Below, piece after piece: positions 50,324 to 63,885 of a stretch of 64,000 nucleotides of DNA. Each line of letters opens with the position of its first letter. The stretch's first letter is position 1. A program made the position numbers and the translations under genes. The stretch comes from Bigelowiella natans CCMP2755 (Eukaryota > Protista > Cercozoa). The DNA is taken from assembly GCA_000320545.1 (NCBI GenBank), contig ADNK01000063.1, forward strand, positions 1-64,000, in the 5' to 3' direction. The notes beneath the pieces are model-generated. The model made no database searches, was not told where the DNA came from, and was given only the letters and a program-made list of their open reading frames with translations.

Positions 50324-53064
50324 ATGATGTTTCGAGCACTAAAGGTCACGTGACTTTTCCGTCTTAGAAGGATAAAGAAATGGGAGATAATCTACAGTAC
50401 CCCTTAAACTCCGATCCTATGTGTAATAACTTAGACGTCGTCAAAACTCAACCGCATATCTGCAGCACCGGCATTAGTATCGCCGTTCTTGCATCGTCAT
50501 CTTTCTACAACTACTGATAACCCATACGGTAAAGTCAAGGCAGATGCAAAAGAGGCACTAGATGCTTCAGGAATTAAATCAGGTCATAATAAACGGTTTC
50601 TTTTTTCGAAACTTCACAATCATCATCATAATCATCGTCATCGTCATCAAATAATAATAGCAACATTCCATATGCACACTTGTATTAGGCGACCATGTTG
50701 TAGTTGGAGGGTTCGGATTGTGCGGTATTCCTATGGGATGTATTGAAGGCCTAAACAAAACAGATATCAAGGATCTCACTGTTGTCTCAAATAACTGCGG
50801 TAAATAAATAGAAATTCTCAGTAGGAACATTTTGTGAAGAACTAGTCTGCTGCTACCATATTCTTCAAGTTTATTTGCAGTATTATGGGTAATTATCAGT
50901 GAGCTAGTTGTATATCTTGTTGTTGCTGTGATACATATCATCCAGGTGTTGATGACTGGGGACTAGGCATTCTCCTACAGTCAAAAAAGATCAAACGCAT
51001 GATCTCCTCCTACGTAAAGATAATCAAGATAGATACCATCAAATCTGTCCTTAATACTCGATATGTCCTTCTTTACTACTCTTAAAATATAATTTGGGGG
51101 GAGAGAAGTCGTTTACTGTTCTCCTTTCCCTCCTCACCGTCCTCACCCTCAATTATCGCCTGTTTAAGGTTGGTGAGAATGCTGAATTCGAACGCCAATA
51201 CCTTACCGGTAGTAGTAGTAGTAGTAGTAGTAGTAGTAATAGTAGCACTAGATTCAAGTCTATCGATTTTTCGAATCGGTTATCTCTTCTTTCTCATTAA
51301 TATATTATGTTAATCGTGAATGGATGAATGATCTCATTGACGACGTTGTTAAAGGGGAATTGGAAGTCGAGCTGACGCCTCAAGGCACTCTAGCAGAGAG
51401 ACTAAGAGCTGGGGGTGCAGGCATTCCTGCTTTCTACACCCCAACTGCATACGGAACTGTTATCATGGATGGGTATACTATGTAGTAGACAGCAAGCAAC
51501 CGCCATTCTGCTGCAGAGACGCAAGACATGAACAATAATAATGACAACCATAATAATGGTAGTAACATTGATATTACTGATACAATAAATTAATGGCTGC
51601 AATACTATTCTCATCTAAAGTTTAGCCTTTTTATTGTGTTCAACATTATAGTGGGTTTCCAGTAAAGTACGCTCCTGGAGGGGGGGACGTTGAGATTGCC
51701 TCTGAGCCAAGGTAATATTTTTATTATTATCATCATTATTATTATTACTAAATAGCAATTCCACCAAAAACAATTGATTGGATGATGAAATGCAAAGTAA
51801 TACAATCCTCGATTGATGTTTGCTTGCAAGTAACATCCTGAATTGTTTTTTTTTAAATTACATCCAATTTTTCGTCTCCTCTTGATATTGTGTTAATGAT
51901 GGTTCTTATTCTCCAGGGAATCCCGTGAATTCGATGGTAGGGGGTATATCATGGAAAGGGCCATCAAGGGCGATGTTGCGCTCGTCAAAGCAGCAAAAGC
52001 TGGTAAGGAAAATAGGACAACTTTTGGTGAATAAGTCTAAATAATTATCTTCATTTGTTTGCGTTCATTTGCTATGTTTTCTCTTATTGTGTTGTTTTAC
52101 CGTCGTCCCTCTTCTTCCTCTTCTTCTTCTTCTTATTATTATTATTCTTCTTAAGACACATATGGCAACTTGTACTTCAATGGTACAAGTCGAAACTTCA
52201 ATCCAGAGTGTGCAATGGCAGGTGTAGATGATCGATGAATACATGCATGCTCTCATTGTTGATGGTTTTCTCCTCCTGTGGGCAAAATGTGGTATAGACG
52301 GTGGCTCCTATACATACTACTAGCATACTATAGACTGCCTCGCCTTATCATCATCCTGGTGTACTCACGATGGTGAAAGAAAGCAGATATGTTTAGAGAA
52401 GTTCCTACTTCCTCCTCCCTTTATCATCGTCACAATCCCTATTATTATTATCTTATAATACTATCTTACATTACTATCATCATCAATAACAAAGGCAAGT
52501 TCACCATTGCTGAGGTGGAAGAGATCGTTGATGTGGGGCAAATAAAGCCAGAGGATGTGCATGTTCCAGGGGTCTACATCAATGCTTTGGTTCAGATGAA
52601 TGTCGAGAAAAAAATAGAGAGAATCACAACCTCTAAGCGACCAGAGGCAAAAGAGGAGGAGGAGGGGTCAACAAGCAAGGCGCCTTCTGAGGCTGCGATG
52701 AGAAGAGAAAGAATTGTGAGAAGAGCAGCTCTTGAACTTAAGCATGGGATGAACGTAAACCTTGGTGAGTGTCACCTACTGCTTATGCTGATAATAGTAG
52801 TAGTGATGAGGATAATGATGATTGTTCAATGAGGCTGGTGTGGTATTTATGATCTTATTATTTGTGTTGAAGGAGAGGTATTATTGCTATCATCATCAGC
52901 CTACAAATACCATCATCATCATCATCATTATCATCATCATTCATCAGGAATAGGAATGCCAACTTTAGCTTCGAATCATTTACCAGAAGGCGTCAAGGTG
53001 ATGCTGCAAAGGTGGGTAGGCAGAGAAAGAAAAAGAGAGATCAAGGAGAGCTATAGCTGCATGT

Positions 53065-53097
<33 letters not shown>

Positions 53098-53816
53098 ATA
53101 GCAGCAGCAGCAGCAAATAGTTAATAGTGGAGCAGTAGTAGAAAAAAAATTCCAGGACAAAATGGTAGGTACATGCTTTATTTTTTCGCTTCTAGCTGAT
53201 ATTTAGTTGTAATCTTGATATATGTTTTACGTGTAGAATGATGTTTAAATTAGCGTGCTCCTCGTCCACTATATTGTTGAAATGCTTGTAGTAGTAGTAG
53301 TAGTAGTAGTAGTTGTTGTCCATTTTATAAATGATCATCATCAAAATATATATTACAGTGAAAATGGTCTTCTCGGTATGGGACCATATCCCTACCCGGG
53401 AGAACAAAACGCAGATCTTATCAATGCTGGAAAGGAAACGGTTGTTGCTTAAGAGTGTAGTAGCAATAATAGTAGTAGTATCTTACAAAGCTGGAGGATA
53501 CACTTGATGTTTTGTAGTAACAATAGAAGAAGAAGAAGAAGAAGAAGAAGAAGAAGAAGGAGTAGTGGTATGTTTGTCTGTTCTACTAAGATTATAGACG
53601 ACGACGACGATGACGAGATGTTACTACTACTACTACTACTACTCTACTACTACTTAAATTGCAGCTGCGTGGTGCTTAATAATAGTAGTGTCTACTTGGT
53701 GCTTGATAATAGTAGTAGTCCTCCATTACAACTCTCATCATCGCAACACTGGTTGAGGTGGTAGAAAAGAAGAAGGAGGAGGAAGAGAAGGAGGGAATCA
53801 AGAATTCTTTTTTTAA

Positions 53817-53858
<42 letters not shown>

Positions 53859-55070
53859 CTTTTGCCTGAGGAGGAGGAGGTGGTAACAGTAATAACAATT
53901 ATGTGCGGCAAACGACGTTTTACAGGTAACGACACTTCCTGGGTCATCCATATTTTCTTCTGGAGAAAGCTTTTCGATGATTCGAGGCTCTCACATTGAT
54001 GTTACAATATTGGGAGCTCTCGAAGTTGCGGAGAATGGAGATCTAGCTAATTGGGTTATTCCTGGCAAAATGGTGAAAGGAATGGGAGGCGCTATGGATC
54101 TAGTGAGTTGTGGAAGCCGAGTCGTCGTAACCACAGATCATTGCTCTAAAAAAGGTATTTTGATTATGTAGCAGCTAGTAGCAGTAGTACATCAGCAGCA
54201 GCAGCAGCAGCAGCATCAGAAATAGCAGCCATAGCAGCAGTCAGTACTCGTAATAGTTTCAGAAGTCACACTGCTTTCTTTTGTTAAAAACAAACGATTT
54301 TGTTCTATATAGGTGCATCAAAGATTCTCAAGTCTTGTTCTCTACCCCTTACCGGTGCTAATGCAGCAGCGATATGATCTTGAGCAGCATAAATGAATGA
54401 ATAGCGACTGACATCATTTTAGCTTTTCGAAAGAACAAGTTACTACTTGGTGCACACTTTTCTTCTCGTTGTTGTTCCAATTTCGGAATATCATCTTTGC
54501 TATCACCATCTATATCGCAGCTTGTTGCTCATTGCAACAACAATGATCTCAGAATCACACAAGTGTCACTTTATTTAGATATTAATATTTGTTCATTTGT
54601 AAAGCTGCCAAGCTAAAACTTATTAATATTTGTTCATTTATAAAGCTACCAAGCTAAAACTTGCTTGTGATAGTTTTCATCGTCTGTCTGTTTACCTATC
54701 ATCATCATTATCATCATTAGGGAAGGGTATCGTTGACCTTATCATCACAGACTTGGCTGTTTTCGAAGTTGATAAGGAAAAAGGTGGTGTTTGTGGTAGG
54801 GCGATGTAGAGTGAAAATTCCGATTGTGTGAAATTTGTGGTAAGTATTTTCCAATAATCTGAGAGAGGATAGTCGCTGTGGTCTGTTGCATATGCAATAA
54901 CAATTATTCTTGGTGCTACTACTACTACTACTACTATGACGACGTTATCAGGAGAACTAGTATTGACGGAAATCGCTGAAGGTGTGACACTTGAAGAGCT
55001 CGCATCCAAGACAGAGGCAACATACAGGGTCGCCGATGACCTTCAGACTATGAGAGCTGCTGCTGCCTAG
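50324..55070 (+). CDS. OXCT1: Mitochondrial succinyl-CoA:3-oxoacid CoA-transferase (SCOT)
   Basis: Presequence MMFRALK|TSSKLNR...; [11 protein letters not shown]; VSNNCG; [30 protein letters not shown]; VNLG|IGMPT; catalytic QS|ENG; [17 protein letters not shown]...GDLANW; [10 protein letters not shown]. Confidence 0.96.
54580..54662. repeat. ~42-bp intronic tandem duplication
   Basis: ATTAATATTTGTTCATTTGTAAAGCTGCCAAGCTAAAACTT followed by ATTAATATTTTGTTCATTTATAAAGCTACCAAGCTAAAACTT. Confidence 0.85.
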
Positions 55071-56453
55071 TCTGTTTTTCACTATGAATAATAATGCACA
55101 ATATGATGGCACTACAATAGATGATTATGACAGCTAGAGAGAGAGAGAAATAGTTCAGGAAGGAAACGCATAAATGGAGCAAATCGAAACAATTAAGTGT
55201 GAGTAACATTATCACGCGTTAATACGGCATGCTTTATCCAAATTGGTCAAAGTGAGCAAGTAATAGCTAGACATCTCATCAGAAGTGATTCAAAAAATTG
55301 TTGCATAATATGAGCCATATATGAACACTAACGCTTTGAAGTTTAGCGAGTAGCATATGTAACACGACACAAAGTTTGGAGCAAATAATCTGACATAGCC
55401 GCGCCGCTTGTAGAAGTGATACTTTCTATATGTATTCCCAGCTGCAGCACAACAGCTAGGCTACTACGTATACAGCAAAAGCAGAAGTGCTGCACTGCAC
55501 CATGATGAAGTTTACGCTATGCTGCGGCGATTTCATTTTCAGATGGCCCAAGCATGCACATATGCTAGAGGACTGTGAAAGTTTAGACGAATAAATGCCA
55601 CATTGGAATGGACTGCATCGTGGACTCAGCTAGCTAGCGCCGTACGTCAGTCGTGTGCTGCATGCATGCGACATGCTATGTAGTATGTGAGACGGATGTG
55701 CATGATGATGTGATTATACATATTTTCAATGGTCATCCTAATGTAGCGATCTAGCGATGCAAAGCAGCGGCTATGTGTCATGTCAGCTAGTCAGCATTTT
55801 GCTGCATGCACACTCACTGCATGATGCGCATGGAGACACCTAGACATGGCAGATGGTACGTGCACAGTACACGATGTGCATGATGCTTATGTATGCATGA
55901 CACAAGCACACACTGTTAGACTGCGGTGTCTTGCAGCCGTCCTCATTCGAGCATCTTTTATAATTTTTATTTAGATCTCATCTCACCTCGTCATCTAAAC
56001 GGACCCTAAATCCCATTACCACATTGATCACCGCTTCTCTGCTTTCATGCCTACCTGGCAGGCACAATGTTGATGACATGCTCGCAGCAACACGTAATTG
56101 CACGCACTTGCTACTGACAAATATTTGTAATGAAGCTAATAGAACATCCATGCTTACACGATGCTCAGCACCACAAGCAAGTGCAGCCCATCATCGACAC
56201 AAAGAGCACGTAGTCGCCCATGAGGAGCGAAAACGCAACAGCTAGATACCCTCACGATTTGTCTGTCGCTGTGCCGAGTCATGTTTTCGGCGTGCACGGT
56301 AGCGAACAAAATCTTCAAGCTAATTTTATAATGATCATAATTGACTCACCTTGCAGGAAGAAAAGTTACTTCAGATTCGCATCATTCTGGAGCATACCAT
56401 AATGGCTACTATCTTCATTGCAGGCCGCACATTGGTGTGAACACAACATCATG

Positions 56454-58578
56454 TTATGCATGGGTTGCCTTTCCTGTTTGATCAAAGCCTCTATATTCTC
56501 TCCAAACCTCGATAGCAGCGCGATGTACAATAGAATGGCGCTTTGCAAGACGCTTTCGATTCTGGTCATAACCCCCGCCGATCATCTAAGATAAATCACT
56601 CGTTTAAAATAGTAGAACGCCAGAATTATTGAAGAATCTTACGCATGAGATCGGAATTCCAGACTGCAGCGCCAAGTCAACAACAAAACGGTCACGTTCG
56701 AAAATTCCATCCTAAGATAACATGAATCTTTAGAAGTGATAATAATCATAAACGGACATGATAGTATCATATGTAAAATGTAGAACTAACTTCAGTTATG
56801 CTTAGTTTTCCTAGTGCATCTCCTTCCCAAACATCAATGCCACCAATGTACAAAATGAGGTCGGGCTTAACCTGTAATGATATGGCGATCGAGGTGTACA
56901 TATCAGAAATTAGCACGATTTTCTTGGTAGTTGTAAAATAAGATTTCTTTACTAATGTTAGTATACCTCCTGAATGACACGTGGGAGATGTGTCGTTAAC
57001 TCCTCCATGTATTCATCATCCTTACATCCTGGATTATCATATCGGCTATTTTTTAAATCTGTAGATAAAATAAAGCTTCTCATACATGCATCTTGGAGCA
57101 CCTTGAGGTAAGCCTATATCGAGATCACTTCTGTCTTGCCCAAGATATGATAACGATTTCACATTGAATCCAAAAGGGAAGTTTTGGGCGCAGTGCATGG
57201 AGAATGTATAAACCGATTGGTCCTCTTTGAAGATTTCAGCTGATACGAAGATGCATCATTTCAGAAAGCATATTGTCCAAGATAAGTTCATTCCAACCTG
57301 TTCCATCCCCTTGGTGAACATCGCAGTCAACAATAAGGACACGTTCTGCCAGATTTTCCTTCTGCATTAGCCTAGCCGCAACAGCTAGGTCGTTTATACA
57401 TGTGTATCCTGCCCCCCTAATTTACAAATGTGTAGTAATGATTTGTGCATTAGCCATTCGATGATTTCAACCAATTAGTAAATGTTCATACAAATCCTTA
57501 TGATCAACGTTCATACCAATCCTTATGTGCGTGGTGTGTGCCTCCGCCAACATGCAGTGATAGCCCGTGTTTAAGCGCTAAGCGGGCACTTAATACAGTC
57601 TGAAATATACTACAACTAAGAGGGGATTGAGCAACACATTTATGTACTTAATAGGTTACCCCCGCCACTTCCAACTTTGTTCGCTTTACAAGCTCCTGGT
57701 GGTTTGGTCTTTGTGAAAATCCTAATTAATTAATTAATACATGAAATAATAATAATGCGCCACTGGTGATCTATAACTTCAAAATAGGATACCACAAATA
57801 CTAAAAAACTAAGTATTGAAAAGCCTTCTTCATAACCTGTTCTTCGCATTAGATCTGGATCCAGAGTTCCGGTTATGAATTCCTGATAATACTTCTTCCC
57901 ATGCACTAGGAGCATCCACTAGGAAAACAACGATAACAAACATATCTTATTTAGGTATTCATAATTTCTTTACTCATCAAATGATTATTACTTCATCTGG
58001 AGGGTATTCCGGTTCCACAAAATCGTCAAAAGATCGTACGATTCTATGCTCGATTAAAAATTCTGCCAAATCTTCAAACTTCCACATCGCGAAACGGTGA
58101 CGCTAAAAGAGGACAGAAATGGCTGCTCAATTTGCCTCATTAAGTAGTGTTGGTGTTTGTTAACCTCTGGCCAAGGAATCGAATATTCTGGGTGATAGAT
58201 GATAGGTGGCAAGGAATGAAGTCCGTAAGCTTCATTTTCATTTACGTCGTCGATTTTATCTTCAGGGAGTGCAGGAGTGGAACTACTTCTTCCCGTTTTT
58301 TGGAGGAACCTGCGAGGTTGAACGAGCCTTTTCTCGACAACAGGTAGTGATGATGATAATTGCGCCGCTCTAAAAGACTTGAGAGAGAGGTTACGGCAGC
58401 GGCTGGTTGACGAAAGGCACGAAACTAGTGCACAGCAACACCGAACCAGTGAGTATCGTAGATGGCTCCTGTGTTGCCGTGATAAGCCATTCGATGAGGA
58501 AGAATGTGACGGTGTCTGTGCCCAACGATGCAAAGGATGTCCCAAGTGCAAGCGAATATTTTTATTTAAGGAATGCAT
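56454..58578 (-). CDS. Zn-dependent deacetylase, HDAC class IV / bacterial AcuC-like, with a long N-terminal leader (start uncertain)
   Basis: IYHPEYS..HRFAMWKF; GGGTHHA; GYTCINDLAVAA; LIVDCDVHQGDG; FSMHCAQNFP; KPDLILYIGGID; IGGGY; short GT-AG introns. Confidence 0.9.
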
Positions 58579-59348
58579 GGGTATCCTGGAGGGGGGTCTG
58601 GCTTTGAAGCACGTCGAAGACACGTGCCTAGGTTGTTGTCGTCTGTCGTTCTGTAGTACTTCTTGTAATTGTTGTTGTGTGTGTTGGTTGTATTGGTCCT
58701 TTTAGGAAGAAAACAAATGCAAATAATCATAACATTTATGCCGAGAAGAAAGTAGAGAAAGAGGATGATGAAGTAGGAGAAGCTCTGGTGAATCTCGAAT
58801 AATTAAAAGCAAAAAATCGACTAGAATGCATGAGATGCGACGTGGAGAAATTACACATATGGATATTATTGACGAACTGCGTATTTATCGTATGGGGGAA
58901 AAAGTGGCCTGTGTTATGGTGCGAAAAAGACAATATCATCATCTACCAAAAAATCTGGTCTCGCTGATCCTTCGACCCAAGCGAAGAAATGTATTTCCGC
59001 CAGTACCCAGGGAATTATAAAAAAGTATTTTATTTTACACATTTTCAAATAGACGACAACAGAATATAGTCTTAATTTGCCGCTAGCTATACCTGGCGTG
59101 TTTCAGCCCTCGCTTAAAAGTGAACCTCATCCTGTCCTCCCACCCTACCTCCGTTCCCTCTCTATAGATTCAACACGTAGGTGCTTACCATCCTGTTTAC
59201 ATATATTTTATATCTTAACTGCTCATCATTTTTTTTCTTGTTGCCATAAAACCAAAAAAAAAACTTACGCACTCTCGGCACTTCGAACCTTACTTACCTA
59301 ATGCTTTAAACACGTAACTGTTTCCTCTACTTCATAAAATAGAAGATC

Positions 59349-61069
59349 ATGAGTCAGCAGGAAAGGAAGAATGAGGGCGGTCTCTCTGAGGAAGCCAAGC
59401 GTAAAGCTGAATACTTTGAACATATGTCCTACTATCGATTTAATGGACCTGCTGGTGGACTCTCCACTTGGAACATGGAAAATGGTTATCTTGAAGCACG
59501 TGTGCGTGGGTTTCGCTCGGGATTTCTCACCGGTGGGGAGTACAAGCAGGTAATAATAATGTTATAAGAGGATTACGTTATCAGCTGAATCTTAGGATTA
59601 TTTTGCTTCAAACGATGATTCCCCTGCGATATAATAACACTTATTTGAACATTTGTCTTTGATATCAGTTGATGCAGTGCAACACCCTAGACGAGGTTAA
59701 GCTTGCCCTTACAGACACTGACTACGGGCAATGGATCACTACAGTTTCTAAGGTGAGTAGGCGGTCGTTACGAAGAAGTTAGAATCCGTGGACAAAAGCC
59801 TAATTAATTAGTAATAAATTTGTAATAATACTACGCTCCCCTCTCTCTCTCTCCCTCCCCCCCTCCCCACATTTTTCTCATTTATCATGGATAGACTAAC
59901 CCTATGTCCCTTACCGCCACTTACGTTTCTTTGTCGCTATCGACTTTTACGCAGGGTGTTGAGGAGAAAAATGATATATACTCCAAAAAGCTAAGCGACG
60001 CCTGCCATGTAACAACTTGTATCTACATATATATACTCCAAAAAGCTAAGCGACGCCTGCCATGTAACAACTTGTATCTATCATAATTGATTTCATCGAA
60101 TTAAAGTAAATTACCACATAATTAATGCAGAAAAAATTTCTGGAAGAATTCGAATACCTGAGGATGAATGCAACGGGAGTCATGCAAACTTTTTTGGACA
60201 TGATCACATATGAGCCTATGATCAACAACTTCTGCAAATTGATCATCGCTATCCAAAAAACAGACGAGCCAGAAGAGGTGGTTAAAGCTATCCGTGAGTC
60301 TGATCCATTAGGTGCATATCCCCATTTGAACAGCATCGTTGCTTTTGATAAGCAAGACGATTTGTTAACGGATCTCTTTGATTCGCTTCTCATTGATACG
60401 CCTGTATCAAAATACTTTTGGCAATACTTTCTTCCTGAATTGAGTTCAGAGGATGAGAAGAAAGACGATGCTGGAGCCTTGAGAAAATTTACCACTGAGG
60501 TTGAACTGGATGTCATGATGAATATGCTTCAGAAGTACCTTTTGGAGGATTTCTACCATTATTCCCGTGAAATTGGTGGTGAAACATGGGAAGTGATGAA
60601 GGAACTTCTCGAATTTGAAGCTGATCGACGCACTGTAAACGTTACTGTCAACTCTTTTGGAACACCTTTAAACGAGCCAGATCGACACGACTACGAACGC
60701 AAGATGCTTTACCCCAATTTTGGAACCCTCTACCCTGACGGACAAACAATTCTTTCAGGGTATGGTCCTAAGCCTGGAGTCTCTGACTTCCAAACTCTTG
60801 GAACAGAGTTTAAGTCAAAATCTGTGCGCTTTGCTACAATTCTTCAAGACGAAGAAAATTTTGTGTATGGAATGCGTCAAGAAGCAGCAAAAATGTATGC
60901 CAAGGGATTTGAAGGGCAAAGCCATTATGGTTGTTTTTATGCTTTCTACAAGCTGAAGATGATTGAGCTCAGAAATCTGAAACTCATCTTCGATACTATA
61001 AGCCAGCCTAGAACAGCTGAAGAACGCAGGGCTCTATTCAAGTCAGTGACCCCACTCTTTGAGGATTAG
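59349..61069 (+). CDS. ATP6V0D: V-type H+-ATPase V0 subunit d
   Basis: NMENGYLEARVRGFRSGFL...|LMQCNTLDEVKLALTDTDYG...; LLEFEADRRTVNVTVNSFGT; LYPNFGTLYPDG; QSHYGCFYAFYKLK; 4 exons. Confidence 0.96.
59974..60083. repeat. 55-bp tandem duplication spanning an exon end and donor of the V-ATPase d gene
   Basis: ATATATACTCCAAAAAGCTAAGCGACGCCTGCCAT|GTAACAACTTGTATCTA twice (CTCC at 59981 and 60036). Confidence 0.9.
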
Positions 61070-62559
61070 ATACAATCCTACGTAGACATTTTCGAACTAT
61101 GAGTAGCCTTTAAGAAATGCTGGAAATCGATGCTGATGTCGAGTTTCAATATGTTATCCGTCATGAATCTCAATTTATACATGGAAGCCCTCTCCTTACC
61201 CCCCCCCCCCTCCCCTTCACTAGCTCGCTCTCTCTCTCTCTCTCACTCACTCACTCACTCTCCTGAGTTTATATTGTGCATGCAAGCTAGCACGTATGAC
61301 GTATGATCACAACAATTGCAGTAGCGCATGCATGCATATGTGATGCTGCTTCTGTACGTAGCCTAGTTTGTGAACACACATGTACTAGAAGCACACGTGT
61401 TCTGAAGCACACATGAGCCTTGCATGTTACATGTGTCCTAAATAACAGATATCTTAAAGCGGGTACGCTCTATGTAGCCCTGTTAGGCTACATTTATGCT
61501 ACATGTACGTATAGCTTTCTAGCTTTGCTCGATGTTCCCACGCTGCGCTAGACCCAAGCAAGTCATCTAGCATTATTAGTGCAGGCACATTTGTCTCTTA
61601 TGAAATCTTAAACATGTGATTTTTTTTCTTATAAATGTGATGCATGACAAGCTAGAGAAAATCATAAAAGACGAGAGAAATAAACCACAAAAGTTCCCGG
61701 CGGCTGTGTTTTCAAATTCACTTTTTGATCATGCGTGGCCACACGCCTAGCTAGCTAGATTGCACCGAAATTGTCAGAATTTTCTGCCTTTTTTTGCTCT
61801 CCTAGATTTCATTTCACGCAATTCGCCCATTGGAATTCGTGGGCACATCACATCTTGTCCTTTGTTGCAAGTTGGCACCATGGCGGAGCAGTGGTATGTG
61901 CAGCGTGGCACACTTAAAACTTTAGAACTGCGGAGTTTGCTGGCACTGACCAGCCCTGCAATGCGCACGCAAATGTTGATGTGAACATGCATGCGTGCGG
62001 TGCAGATCTAGTGATCCCGTTAGGCCTGCAGTGCGTCTACGGCCGTCGCTAGGTCGGCATGCTTGATTTCCGTCTTAGTGTCATCATGCACGTGCTTGGC
62101 GTCTCATGGAAAGACACCATGTGTACCTCAATGAAGTAGTAGGCTAGGTCTCTATGCACACCTAAAGGTAGTGTGTAGGTCTCTATGGGCTGTTGCGCAC
62201 ATGCGTCATGTGCAGCGTGCACATTGCAATGTGTGACATTGTCATGTAAGACGGATGCGTTCACTGATTACATCCGTCTCACAATGTAGCTAGCCGCCCA
62301 GCGATCTACTCAGTACTGCCAGCAGATGTGCATGCATCGTCTGTAATGGCATGGTGCTCTGTGCTGGTGCAGCGCAGTGATATATGCAAATATGTCATGC
62401 GCATCGATTATATCGCATGCCATATCAGGCGGTCAATGCACCTTTCACTAGCTAGCAATTCAACGGTAGATACAATGCTGATAACGAGTTCAGTGTGGTA
62501 GCACATCGATGCATCTTTATCATTACCTTACTGTTTTTATGTAACATCTATAGGCATAC

Positions 62560-63816
62560 GTACATCAGGAAGATGATTGAATATTATGCCATCCCAAGCT
62601 TGGCTGATTGGTATCGTAACTCACTAACCGATCCATCTCCATGAATAGCATTAGGGGCATGAAGCTGCAACGCTAGAATTTGATACAGCTAGATACTGTT
62701 CTTCGTTCACGTCATAAACGGTGGAGAGGCAAGACTCAAGCGAAATCCGTCTCTGATCGAAATTGGGAACAAAACAACTCTTGAATATGGAAGGATCTAC
62801 TGCTCAAATACATAGAGTTATAAACTATTCAGTAGACAATATACGGCAACAAACACAATATAAAAATATGCACACATATGTAATAGAGTACCAAAACTGT
62901 GGTCACATTTGTATGTGAACAGGTACAATTCTTATGGTATTAATTACTTGATCTCGGCATAGCCATGTTGCTGAAGTTTCATTCTTTGAAGATCGCCGCA
63001 CCTTTTCAAAACAATCCCTTAATAATGATATCCAGATCAACATTACTGTTTCCTTTTGCTGCGGTTATTGCTAGTTATTTCAGGTTTTAAAAAGCGGCTT
63101 GATCTTACCGATATCGGCGTTTTACGGTCATAGTAGTAGAAAGCGCTGGGTAGAGTCAGAAGAGAGGAGAATTAGAAAGATCAAGTACATTTGCAGAGAA
63201 AGGACGATGAGAAATATTGCTGACGATCAAGTAGAACTTCTCCTCCTGGTGCTGCCCCTTCTACTACTCACCCTAAATCCTCGAATCCTTTTCGGAGGGC
63301 GTCCTGAACAAATGCATGCAAAGATCAAACAAGTTGCAGTTTCTTTGATGAAAAGGAGGGTTCTTTTGTGAATGTGGCTATTCTGCAAAAATTCACCATT
63401 TAATAAAACGCAATTCAAGGTTCGAGAATTAGCGCACACGAATCACGTAAACTGTGTACAATCAAAGCTTAAACATGTGGCTTCAAACTTATTTTTGATA
63501 TAGTACATGAATATTGTGAACGTGCGAAATCTTGCTGCTAAACCCTTCATTATTTACGAACGAAATTTGACAAGTGACAACATTACGTACCTCTGGAAAA
63601 TAAGCGTGATACCTATAGGCCGTTCATTATTTCATGCGTTGGTAGATCATGGAGTTAGACAAGTGTAAAAATTAAAAACTGCTATCCAAATATATACTCT
63701 TGCTTGTTTATGTTTACATCTTGAGCAACAATCAACAACAACGAGCATGATAGGTGAACGTTGTCATCGGATTTAATATTCCTACTTGCAAATCTGATAC
63801 GTGTTTTCTTCCGTCT

Positions 63817-63857
<41 letters not shown>

Positions 63858-63885
63858 CCCCCCCCCCCCCCCTCTGTAGTTCCAT
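62560..63885 (-). CDS. Probable multi-exon gene of unknown function (boundaries uncertain, may extend beyond the window)
   Basis: Series of short exon-like segments between minus-strand GT-AG sites (e.g. DALRKGFEDLG, EEKFYLIVSNISHRPFSAN, AFYYYDRKTPIS); no motif recognised. Confidence 0.35.

Noticed and set aside
10367-53951. Poly-V/L/I/Y/H ORFs in the track
   Set aside because: Translations of intronic trinucleotide microsatellites.
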